Translations under genes and position numbers: made by a program
The notes under the pieces: model-generated
Database searches by the model: none
Told to the model about the DNA's origin: nothing
The model's input: only the letters and a program-made list of their open reading frames with translations
DNA from: Hemiscyllium ocellatum
Taxonomy: Eukaryota
NCBI RefSeq assembly: GCF_020745735.1
Contig: NC_083435.1
Location: 24,179,231-24,243,230 of the forward strand
Length of the DNA: 64,000 nt
Direction of reading: 5' to 3'
Shown here: positions 1-10,809 of the stretch, piece by piece
How the letters are laid out: each line of letters starts with the position of its first letter
Numbering within the stretch: position 1 is the first letter of the stretch

Positions 1-247
1 AGAATGGGAACTGAACTATCTGGGGAGGTAACCCCCAGGACAGGTACAACACGATGTTTATACCCCTATCAATGGGATCCTTGGTGACTTCACTGGAGAG
101 TGAAATCAGGTGACGGTCAAACCAGCATTTCAACCAATCCCAACAATTCCCAACAGCCCGGAGCAGTTGAAATTGTTCCAATCAACACAGAGCTAGAAAT
201 AAATCCAGGGACAGAGAGAATCCTGATATATTTCCAATGTGTTTCAG

Positions 248-367
248 AAAATCCGAAAAACAATTGGCTGCATTCCCATCTTGCAAGTCTCATTGCATCA
301 ATGGTCATTCTGTTGGTTGTTATTGTCGGGATAGTCGGTATAATCATCTGGAAAAGATCACAGAGAG
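248..367 (+). CDS. MHC class I gene A (5' part outside window): connecting peptide/transmembrane exon
   Basis: tgtttcag|AA..AGA G|gtaag, phase 1-1, 120 nt. Encodes ENPKNNWLHSHLASLIASMVILLVVIVGIVGIIIWKRSQR. Homologous in position and flanks to the TM exon of gene B. Confidence 0.88.
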
Positions 368-689
368 GTAAGAATCAGAGAGAGAGGAATGTGGAACTGA
401 GGGGACAGAGTGAGTGTGGGGGAATTTCCAGTACTGGGAGTACAGGGCACTGTGGGGAATGGAACTGATGAATTCCCACACACAGATACACACGTATAAA
501 CACATCTCGTTCACTGTCTGATGTTCCTTTATGTGATTGGTCTGGACCAGGTCTAATATTGATCATGAAACCCACTGCACCCAGTCAGATCCTCACTGAC
601 TGAATATTAATGGAATGGAAGGGGTTTTCTGCATCTCCATAAAGTGTAAGGATAGACGGGAGTGTGGGAATGAGGATTTCTGACACAAT

Positions 690-1205
690 CCCTGTAAAAC
701 CTTCCTTCCTGCCTTGTGTGGGCACCATCTCCTTGATAAATTGTGAAGATCTCTCTCCCTTAATTAGTTTGTGCAGTTTTGGATGACTTATTACTTTGGT
801 TTGACCCTTGGCGTGTGACTCTGATACCGATCATGTTATTCCAGGCATTTGGGTTGTCTCCATCACCACCGTATTTTTAATGTTTTGGAATGATCTCTCT
901 GCTTCATGTAATGGGATTCTTGGTCATCCCTTCTCTTGTTATCCAGCTGTTGACACTTTCCTCCCACCGTCTGACACTTGTGATCACCTGCAGAGACTCC
1001 ATTCACCCCATTTGGATGATCTTTTGATCTCTCTGCCCATTGATCTCCCTGCTGATCAATTCGGTGTCTGTGTGCTTCTCTCTCACTTCACCTGAGGAAG
1101 GGGCTACGCTCAGAAAGCTTGTGATTTCAAACAAACCTGTTGGACTGTAACCTGGGGCCGTGTGTGATTTCTGACTGTGTTCACCCGAGTCCAATACCAA
1201 CACCC
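690..1205 (+). mobile_element. Penelope-like element terminal-repeat fragment carrying a hammerhead motif
   Basis: Related copy at ~50700-51510. Ends in cacCTGAGGA..GAAAGCTTgtg plus a shared tail (caaacaaacctgttggact..agtccaa). Confidence 0.6.
1088..1124 (+). ncRNA. Minimal type I hammerhead ribozyme motif (near intact)
   Basis: TCAC CTGAGGA A GGGGC TAC GCTCA GAAA GC TT GTGA: core CUGANGA and GAAA, stem I UCAC/GUGA, palindromic AGCU stem III, cleavage triplet CUU. One G.A mismatch at the base of stem II. Confidence 0.6.
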
Positions 1206-1298
1206 CCCTCAAACTCCATCCCCTCACACTTGTTGTGTTCACAGTCTCTGAGAATGGATTATTCCCCATCCTAATGGGCATTTATTTTGTTTCTGCAG

Positions 1299-1331
1299 GT
1301 TCACCAAATGGGACCTACACAACTGCTCCCA
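1299..1331 (+). CDS. MHC class I gene A cytoplasmic exon 1
   Basis: ttctgcag|GT TCA CCA AAT GGG ACC TAC ACA ACT GCT CCC A|gtaagt, 33 nt, phase 1-1. Encodes GSPNGTYTTAP with the class I-type Tyr-x-x-Ala motif. Confidence 0.8.
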
Positions 1332-1388
1332 GTAAGTGACTGAGAGGACAAAGTGTTGGGAAAGATGGATAAGGTAATGGGAGGTGTA

Positions 1389-1716
1389 GAGTAGATTCCC
1401 TACAGCGTGGAAACAGGCCCTTCAGCCCAACAAGTCCACACAGACCCTCCAAAGAGTAACCCACCCAGACCCATTCCCCTACCCTATATTTACCCCTGAC
1501 TAACACACCTAACACTATGGGCAATGTAACGTGGCCAATTCACCTGACCTGCACACCTTTGGACTGTGGGAGGAAACTGGAGCACCCGGAGGAAACCCAC
1601 ACAGACACAGGGAGAATGTGCAAACTCCACACAGACAGATACCCGAGGTGGGAATTGTACCCGGGTCCCTGGTGCTGTGAGGCAACAGTGCTAACCACTG
1701 AGCCACCGTGCTGCCC
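1389..1716 (-). mobile_element. tRNA-derived V-SINE (HE1-like shark SINE)
   Basis: Reverse strand reads ggcacggtggctcagtggttagcactg (A-box-like head), central tgtgtggagtttgcacattctccc core and a CR1-like tail ending gggcctgtttcc. Confidence 0.85.
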
Positions 1717-2039
1717 CTAACAGAGTGTAGAGTTATATTTGCCAGGGTGTTGCTCAAGGTGACGGATCTGTCTCCTCACAATGCTGTTTCTCTTTCGTCC
1801 TGTTCTCTACTCCATGTCCCCAGTGTCTCTCCTTCGAATTGTCACCCTCCATTCTCTTCCCCCACTGCCCCTCCCTCCACTCACTCACCCTTAATTCCCA
1901 CTGGGGGGGGGCTCGGAGAGTCTGGTTAGTTAATGCTGAGGGTGATTAAATCTTGGGTCCAGTGAGTGATAGAGAATATCTCACACTGTCTCATTTTATA
2001 TTTTATATAATTTCTCATGTTCTGTTTTTATTTTCTCAG

Positions 2040-2075
2040 CTTCTGAAGTCTCTGATGCAGCTTCTTCATGATTCA
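2040..2075 (+). CDS. MHC class I gene A cytoplasmic exon 2 with stop codon (TGA 2069-2071)
   Basis: Long polypyrimidine tract, ctcag|CT TCT GAA GTC TCT GAT GCA GCT TCT TCA TGA TTCA|gtaagt. Ser-rich (T)SEVSDAASS*, in frame with the previous exon. Confidence 0.75.
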
Positions 2076-2157
2076 GTAAGTGACATGGCAACTTTTCTCT
2101 GACTTCAATTTATTTAGATTTAGATTCTCGAGATTTATTTGCAACATTTTCACATCT

Positions 2158-2592
2158 CTCCTGACCCTGTCCCACCCTCTCAGACACTGTTAAACCCTGT
2201 CAGACTAATTCCCCTCCCCTCCTGACCCTGTCCCACCCTCCCAGACACTGTTAAACCCTGTCAGACTAATTCCCCTCCCCTCCTGACCCTGTCCCACCCT
2301 CCCAGACACTGTTAAACCCTGTCAGACTAATTCCCCTCCCCTCCTGACCCTGTCCCACCCTCCCAGACACTGTTAAACCCTGTCAGACTAATTCCCCTCC
2401 CCTCTTGACCCTGTCCCACCCTCCCAGTCACTGTTAAACCCTGTCAGACTAATTCCCTTCCCGTCCTGACCCTGTCCCACCCTCCGAGACACTGTTAAAC
2501 CCTGTCAGACTAATTCCCCTCCCCTCCTGGCCTTGTCCCACCTTCCCAGACACTGTTAAACCCTGTCAGACTAACTCCCCTCCCCTCCCCAC
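2158..2592. repeat. 61-bp tandem minisatellite, about 7 units, in the last intron of gene A
   Basis: Unit ctgaccctgtcccaccctcccagacactgttaaaccctgtcagactaattcccctcccctc starts at 2161, 2222, 2283, 2344, 2405, 2466 and 2527. Confidence 0.95.
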
Positions 2593-2826
2593 CCTGAAGT
2601 GATTGCCTCGTGTCTCTCCATTCCTAACCTTGGGGTTTCCTGGGCCCCGCTGCAGGACATTCCTGGAGCCTCATTGCGGAATAACGGGATTCTCCTGTTC
2701 CAGTGTGAACATGGACATCATTGTCTGTCCTTCCATATCACAGCATACACACAGAATTACAGCTCATTGTTCACACTCAATTCCTTCAGGACTGAGATCA
2801 ATTTTTCTGGGAATGTGTTTCCACAG

Positions 2827-3165
2827 GTTGAACAGCGGATCCCAGGTTTGGATCCTGATTCTTCAAGTGAGATCTTCTAAAGTCATGTTCCAATCCCGTC
2901 TCAATGTGAGCAGTGTCACCATCAGAGGGATCCTCACGATGGTTCCTCCCTCACAGTTTCTCATCTTCACTGTCTTCAGTGGGTCACTGATTGAGCTGAA
3001 ATAAGGCAACGTCCTGAAGGAACTCAAGAGACAGTTTTTATATTGAAAGAAATTGATTTTGCATCTGACGTTAACAAATTTCAAATGTTATGCAAATCTC
3101 TGTACATAGAATATGTAAAACTGATATTTAAGTCTTAAATAAATATATAAATATTATAAATCTGA
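2827..3165 (+). other. Probable terminal 3'UTR exon of gene A (3' end approximate)
   Basis: Acceptor tgtttccacag| at 2826 follows the post-stop donor at 2076. AATAAA at 3138-3143 followed by AT-rich sequence. The segment recurs next to other class I remnants. Confidence 0.6.
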
Positions 3166-3479
3166 GTTATTAGTGGTAGGTTTTAGTATTCAACACTTAT
3201 CACCATTGTTTAACTACAATCTCCAATATGTGTCATTTGTAATCATTAAAAGTTATTTATTGACTTACTAATTTTGATATTTCTATTAATATTTCACAAG
3301 AACGATTAGATTCATTTGCACAGCAGCAGCTTGTGGCTGTTGGAATCAGCAGATGTTGAGCTTCACTTCAATGTGAACTGGGGGAGTTAAGACCATATCC
3401 ATCTGCCTCTATTGTAAAATCCAAATCCCAAATGATAACTCCATACCCGTCAACACAATCAGGGAAAGTCCATTCCCAG

Positions 3480-5890
3480 AGAGTGGGAACACACAAGTGT
3501 GAGGGAATGGAGATTGTGTCAGAACCTGATGGAGATTCTGGAGATCGCTTCCATTCCATCGATATTCCCTGAGGATGTGAGTGTGTCTGGTGGGTTTGAT
3601 GATCAAAATCACATCTGTACTAAAGGAATAGCTGTGAGACTGGGTCTGCAGCAGGTGGTGAGGGATCCAACCTGAGGGAAAAACATGCTTGATTCCACCT
3701 TTCCAATCTGCCAGCTGCAGGTACAAATGTCCATGACAGTGAGAGGGACCATCGCACTGTCCTTGTGGAGGCAAAGTCCTACTGTCACATTGGGAATAAC
3801 CTCCATCGTATTGTGTGGTACTATCACTGTGCTAAATGGAACAGACTTGGATCAGATCTAGCAGCTCAAGCCTGGGTATCCATGAGGCACTGTGGGCCAT
3901 CAACAGCATCAGAACCGTACTCCAGCACAATCTGTAACCTCATGGCCTGGCATAGTCCCCAGTGAACCATTAACACCAAGCCAGGGGATCAACCCTGGTT
4001 CAATGAGGAGGGCATGCCAGGAGCAGCACCGGACGTACCTGAAGATGAGGCGCCAACCTGGTGAAGCCACCAAACAGGACGACTTGCATGTCACATAACA
4101 TAAGCAGCAAGTGATAGACAGAGCTAAGCGATCTCACAACCAATGGATCCGATCTAAGCTCTGCAGTCCTGCCACATCCAGCCAACTCACTGGAGGCTCC
4201 ACAAATATTCCCTCTCTCACTGATGGAACAGCCCATTACTCCAGTGTGAAAGATAGGCCTGAAGGTTTCACAGCAATCTTCAGTCAGAAGTGTCGACTGA
4301 ATGATTCATCTCAGCCTCCTCCAGTGGTCCCCAGCATTACAGATACCAGTCTTCAGCCAATTCAATTCACTCCACGTGACATCAAGAAACACTTGAAGAC
4401 ACTGGGTACTGCAAAGGCTTCAGGCCCTGACAACATTCAGGCAATAGTACTGAAGGGTTGTGCTCGAAAACTTGCCACTCCCCTATCCAAACTGTTCCAG
4501 TCCAGTTACAACACTGGCATCTACCCAACAATGTAGAAATTGCCCAGGTATATCTTGTACACAAAAAGCAGGACAAACCCAATCTGCCCCATCAATCTTC
4601 TCTCAATCATCAGTAAAGGGATGGAAGGGGTCATTAACAGTGCTATCAAGCAGCACCTACTCAGTAATAACCTGCTCAGTGACACCCAGTTTGGGTTCTG
4701 CCAGGGTAACTCAGCTCCTGACCTCAATACAGCCTTGGTTTGAACACGGACAAAAGAGCTGAATTCCAGAGGGGAGGTGGGAGTGACAGCCCCTGACATC
4801 AAGGCTGCATTCGACCGAGTGTGGCATCATGGAACTCGAGCAGAACTGGAATCAATGGGTATTGGGGGAAACTCTCCAGTGGATAGAGTCATACCTGACA
4901 CATAGGAAGGTGGTCTTGGTTGTTGGAGGTCAGTCATCTCAGCTCCAGGAAAGCTCTGCAGGAATCCCTCAGCGTGGTGTCCTAGGCCCAACCATCTTCA
5001 GCTGCTTCATCAATGACCTTCCCTCCATCATAAGGTCAGACATGGGGATGTTTGCCAGTGATTGCACAATGTTCAGCACTATTTACATCTCCTCAGACAC
5101 TGAAGGAGTCCATGTTCAAATGCAACAAGGTTTGGACAATATCCAGGCTTGGGCTGACAAGTGACAAGTAACATTTGCGTCACACAAATGCCAAGATATA
5201 ACCATCACCAACAAGAGACAATCTTACCACCACCCCTTGGCATTCAATGGTGTTACCATCACTGAATCCCCCCCCAATGTCAACAGCCTGTGAGTTATCA
5301 TTGATCAGAAACTCAGTTGGACTCACCACATAAGTGCAGTGTCTACAAGAGCAGGTCAGAGGCTGGGGATACTGCAGCAAGTAACTCGTCTCCTGATTTC
5401 CCAAAGCCTGTCCACCAACTACAAGACACAGGTCAGGAATGTGATGGAATACTCCCTGCTTGCCTGGATGAGTACAGCCATCTCAACACTGAAGAAGCTT
5501 GACACCATCCAGGACATAGCAACCCAACTGATTGGCACTGCATCCACCAACATCCAGTCCCTCCATCACTGACACTCAGTTACAGCAGTGTTTGCTATCT
5601 ACAGAAATTCATCAAAGATCCTTAAACAGAGCCTTCCAAACCCACAACCACCTCCATCTGGAAGGTCAAGGTCAGCAGATATATGGGAACACCACCACCT
5701 TCACGTTCCCCTCCAAGCCACTCACCATCCTGACTCGGAAATATATCACCATTACTTCACTGTCGCTGGTCAAAATCCTGGATTTCCCTCCCTCATGGCA
5801 TTGTGGGTCAACCCACAGGAGGTAGACTGCAGCAGGTCAAGAAGGCAGATCACCACCACCTTCTCAAGGGCAACTAGGGACGGGTAATAA
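3480..5890 (+). mobile_element. Degenerate CR1/L2-group LINE (APE C-terminus plus RT)
   Basis: ORF fragments with RT motifs (PISLLSIISKGMEG, QFGF, DIKAAFDRVW, GVLGPTIFSCFINDLP); multiple stops and frameshifts. Start approximate. Confidence 0.85.
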
Positions 5891-7290
5891 ATGCTGGCCA
5901 GTCAGAGACACCCACATCCCACAAAAACTGAATCAATACAAAAACTGGGGGAGGGTTGATACATGGTTATGGTCTCTGGAGCAGGAATCCAGTGACCAAA
6001 GTATCATTCCAGAATGAGAAGCCTCTTTCTCCTCCAAGGAGTTGTTCAATTTTCACACCTGGATGTGACAGGACAGCAGAGCTTCGATCTTATCTATCGA
6101 TTGTGGAATCACTAAGTTCTGACTCTGCTCCCTCTGCTGTTTGCTGCATGATCAGTCCTGATCTGTCACTTCACTGACCAACACCATCACTTACCAGTTC
6201 CCCTCCAAGCCACTCACCATCCTGACTTGGAAATATATTGCACTTCCTTCACTGTCACTGGGTCAAAATCCTGGAATTCCCTCCCGAATGACATTGTGGG
6301 TCTCCCACCAGCACATGAACCTTACAGACTCTAACCTTCTCAAGGACAGCTCCGGATGTGAAATAAATTCCAGCAGACTGTGATTCCCACATCTCTCCAG
6401 TGAATAAAAAAGATATCATTTTTCATCTCTGCCTGGTCCTGCTCCTGTGTTGCCTCCCACATTCCTCATTGAACCGGGGTTGGTCCCCTGGCTTGGTGGT
6501 AATGAGAGACTGGGGGTTGGGTTGAGCCATGAGGTGACAGTTTGTATTGGATGGCAGTTCTGCTGGTGTTGATGACCCACAGGACCTCATGGACACACAG
6601 TCTTCATCTGCTCGACCTGTTCACATCCCACAGGAGGGGAGGGGGTGGGGATGCCATGAGGTTTAATGGAGAAATGTGTTCTCACAAGATGGTTATTGGT
6701 GGGAGCAGGGTGCCTGTGAACAGGCTGTATCCCCCGCACACTGGGTTCTCTGTACCTGACTCTCACCATCAATTCCCGTCCCCCCCCACCCCTCCCACAC
6801 TGGGATCTCTGTACCTGACTCTCATCATCAATCCCCCCCGCCTCCCGACCTCTCCCCACTGGGTTCTCTGTACCTGTACCAACCGGACTCACTGTAATTA
6901 AAAGTTTTAATCAATTCTGAAATAAATCCTTTTCACAATAGCCCACAGGCGCCAACCTGACTCTCTGTAGTTAATCCACTCCATGTTCCCTCACATTAAT
7001 CTCTCTGTCAGGTTTAGCACATTGATCACTGACTGGGTGAAGAATCTCTCTCACTATAACTGTTTCTTCCTGTTCTGAATCTCTGGGTTTAGTTTAAAAC
7101 CGATCTCAGATTTCCCTTTTCCAGACTGTTTAATGTCTTATAAATCCCATCAGGTGCTTCCTTTCCTGGTAGAATAGCCCAATTCTCTTTGCCACCTGAC
7201 CCAGAACCTTGACCCTGGGGGTGAGCCTGGGTGTTTCTCTCTCTGCACTCCCCCCTTCCACACACCCTGCCCCAGGGTCGGAGTGTCTCC

Positions 7291-7386
7291 CTGTGACTGA
7301 GTCTTGAATTAGACTCAGTACCAGGAAGAACACCAGGGTCCATGGGATTCCCAGCCAGCCGAGGGTTAGCAGTGACTGATACTGAC
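7291..7386 (-). other. 96-nt hydrophobic exon-like segment, copy 1 of 4 (others 8735-8830, 40384-40479, 43806-43901)
   Basis: cacag|GT CAG TAT..GTC ACA G encodes QYQSLLTLGWLGIPWTLVFFLVLSLIQDSVT. No GT donor in any copy. Confidence 0.35.
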
Positions 7387-7399
7387 CTGTGACCCATGA

Positions 7400-7670
7400 C
7401 CCAGGATGACACCATGCCTCAGTGGTTAGCACTGCTGTCTCACAGCCCCAGGGACCAGGGTTTGATTCCAGCCTTGGGTGACTGTCTGTGTGGAGTTTCC
7501 CTGAGTCTGCATTGGGTTCCTCCAGGTGCTCCAGTTTCCTGCCACAGTCGAACAGGGGCACCTTGGGTAGATTGGCCATGCTCAGTTGCCCAGTGTCCAG
7601 GGTTTATTTTTTGGCTAACATGTGCAAGGATGTGTATGTTAGGTGGATTAGCTGTAGGGATTCTAAGATT
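7400..7670 (+). mobile_element. V-SINE (counterpart at ~40500-40830)
   Basis: cagtggttagcactgctgtctcacag head and tgtgtggagttt core. Confidence 0.75.
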
Positions 7671-7733
7671 CATGAATGGCCTTTAATCTCCCAGTTCCCA
7701 GAGAGAGAATGGAAAGCTGAATTCTGAACTCAT

Positions 7734-7975
7734 CGGGGTAGAGAGAGAAAACACAGGGTGGGAAAGGAAAGGATCAGCTCATTCTGGGAATACACTGTCC
7801 CTATTCCAATCAGGAACTGGGAATTAAACACTCTGAGGGGAAACAGCTTCTGTTAACAAACTGGAAAAACCAGTAATACAACAATCTTTGGAGACTGCAC
7901 CCTATTTGTTGAGAAATTTGATCCATTGTTTGATGTGAAGCTGCAGAAGCAGAAAACTGGAACAAGTGCAAAGTG
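7734..7975 (-). pseudogene. Inverted dead class I promoter plus leader exon (leader 7782-7734)
   Basis: Reverse strand matches gene B 5' region: tcctgattggaatagggacagtgtattcccagaATG..CCCG|atgagt..cagaattcagctttccattctctctc. ATG AGC TGA stop; donor GT changed to AT. Confidence 0.8.
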
Positions 7976-10637
7976 ATGGCCCGGTCCCAGTGACGGGGAA
8001 GCTCCAGCACAGCCAGGCTGAGGTTTTGGCTCTGAGCCAGTAAGGTTGGGGCTGAGAAGAGGCCTCCCCTCCCCCACCAGCTCAGGAGCATCAGGACAGC
8101 ACTAGGACCCTGGGATCCCCCTCTCATAGTAAACATATGGCTCACTCCTTCCAACTGGGGGAGGAGACGGTACATCGGGATTGTCCTGGAGCAGGAATCC
8201 AGCAACCCAAGTGGAACCTCCTCCTCCTACATTGAGTTGTTGAATGACCATGACTGGATGTGGTAGGACAGCAGATCTGATCTGTTGGTTGTGGAATCAC
8301 TGAGCTCTGTCTCTGCTGCTCCTGTTGTTTGCTGCACACCTCGGCCTGTTCTGTAGCTTCACCGAGGAACACCATCATCTGCAAGTTCCCTCAAAGCCAC
8401 TCACCATCCTGACCATCCATTCCTTCACTGTCACTGGCTCCAAATCTTGGAATTCCCTCCCTCCCTGATGACCTTGTGGTCTGCCTCCAGCACATGGAAT
8501 GCTCCATGAGGTTCACTGGGGAGATGGGTTCTCCCATGACTGCAGGGAACCAGCTGAATCTCCATGCTGGATTCTCTGTACCAGACTCTCACCATCAGCT
8601 CCCATACTGGATCCTCTGGAACTAAACGTCCCACACCACTCTCTGTCATTAATCCACTCCATGAAGCCCCCACACCACACTCTTCGTTTCTCTCTCTGTA
8701 CTCCCCTCCCTCCCCCAGGGTCTGAGTGTCTCCCCTGTGACTGTGCCCTGAATTAGACTCAGTACCAGGAAGAACACCAGGGTCCATGGGATTCCCAGCC
8801 AACCTAGGGTTAGCAGTGACTGATACTGACCTGTGACCCATGAATGGCCTTAACTCTCCCAGGTCGCATTGAACTGACCCTCAACAACTGCTGATACGAG
8901 GACCCACAAGCTGCTGAGTGAATGAATTCAACCTTTCTTGGGGAATCATGAAAAATGAACTCAGTCAACAACGGACAAATATGTATTGATGACCAACTAC
9001 AATTATCAGGGTTTATAGTCAGTTCAATGATATATACAGGAAAAGATTATTTTCCCAATTGCATATTTGCTTTCTAAAAATTGTGAAAAATTCCGTATTG
9101 GATCCAATTTACATGATGCATCCTTTCAGTGCAGTCTGCGGCTCTCTGAGCTGCCTCACTACATTTATAATTGTCGGTTATATTTTACAATATACACATC
9201 ATGTTAATCAGACAGCTCACTCAAGGGGTTTTATAAGGTCATCAATCTCATCCTGTACTGTGGTGGGAGGGCTGCAGACAAAGACCTGGCCTCATTCAGC
9301 ATCTGTGGGACTCTCAGTCCTGATTCGTTTGGTCTGTGGTTTCCTTCTGTATCCTTGGAAGAGTTTCTGTGGAACACTGACTCCCACAATCTCTCAAAAA
9401 AATTGGAACTTGAAATCCCTTTCCATGAAATGCCCCATTCTGCTTCTCACATGTTGGTGGGTGGGGTTGGGCTCTGAAAGGGTTAATGTTGAGGAGTACA
9501 TTAAGCACTGCCCAGTATGATGATGTCACATGGACTTGGGTGAAGGGATCAGATGTTGATGTTGAAGGGGTGAGACCCAGTATGGATATCTCCCTCATCG
9601 TCTTTAAAACAATGTTCCCCCCACCCCTCACGCCAGTGCATCCTGGACTGAGCTGTTACCATGAAGTAAACTCAGTCCTGTTTAAAACAAGAGCCTGCTC
9701 TCATTAGCTTCTCATGTGGTTTCCCTCAACTAACCACTTGACCAACCAGGTCCTGGAGATTCCAACTAGGAAAGAAGATGGTCATATTTAATCTCTCAGA
9801 TGGAACTGGGGGAGCTGTGGGGAGGATCCATCTTACCCTACGTGTCTGAAAGGTCAATGGTTCATGGTGTCAATCCCTTCAAACAGCCGGGTCAGTGTTC
9901 TTGAAGAGCTCGAGGTTAATGAGGTCTGGGGACCACTCTGTGGTAGACTGGAATTTTACCTTCCTAACATCTCAGTCATTGCACAATGAAGGACCGACGC
10001 CATCCAGATAATGAACCATCACTGGATATCTTTATCTAACACTGTATGTATATCTGGTTGTGTATGTCCATCAGTATGTTGTGTGTGGGTGCAAACAGAT
10101 GTCTCTGACTTTGTACTTATCCCCATCCATGTATATCTTTCTACACTCCTGAGTGAACTGTGTATGAGTGCACACTGACATATCTAACACTGATCTATAT
10201 CTGTCCATCTCCCTTTCATTATCTGCCTTTTCTCTCTCACTCTGTGCAATCCATCTACTGACAGGATCTTGCACTCTGTCTGTGAAATGTGGATCATGTA
10301 TACAGACCACATTATGATCTGGAATCACTTTCCCCTGAGCTACCTGACACTACCAATGGAGATCAGGTGGTTAAACAAGATCCTGACACTAAAGTCCACC
10401 TAAAAGCTGAGCTACCAGCTCTCGATGCTCTGACCATGAATCACTGTGACAATGGTCAGCTCATGTGGTTCCAGTGTCTGAGGATCCAATCCTGAAGATG
10501 GTCTTTTCTGGGTAATTTCAGAGTGAATAGTAAAATTATAATGTCTGTTTACAAGTGACTCTGACACAAAGCAACACAGATGTCCGTCATTGGGAACAAG
10601 TAGTTGAAGGTGAGACAGGGCAAGGGAAACCAGCCCT

Positions 10638-10797
10638 GAAGATCCCTCCGTCCGTGAGAGCCATCCCCTTGCTGACACAGGATGGAGACACTCCTGGGGA
10701 AAGTCTCACCTGAAGAATCAGGATTCTGACCTGGTGGATCTGGGATCCACTGTTCAATTTGTGGATGCACATTCCCAAAAAAAATCTCTCTCAGTCC
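10638..10797 (-). pseudogene. Inverted orphan copy of the class I terminal exon/acceptor region
   Basis: Reverse complement aligns to ~2790-2940. Acceptor reads cacaa instead of cacag. Confidence 0.65.
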
Positions 10798-10809
10798 TTT
10801 GATAAAAAT

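Noticed and set aside
1-27. End of gene A alpha3 exon with donor at 28 (would give a 220-nt intron like gene B)
   Set aside because: The required frame has TGA at 12-14, and 1-92 does not match gene B alpha3 or intron 4.
100-468. ORFs 100-468 and 29100-29483 as standalone membrane proteins
   Set aside because: They are TM exons read together with open flanking intron; splice sites define the real exons.
1660-1716. tRNA genes at the tggttagcactg..ggttcaattcc motifs (also ~7420, 36140, 52470, 55495)
   Set aside because: These are tRNA-derived SINE heads fused to the V-SINE core and CR1 tail, without a full cloverleaf.
2158-2592. 61-bp array as a CRISPR array
   Set aside because: Units are contiguous with no unique spacers, there are no cas genes, and the context is a eukaryotic intron.
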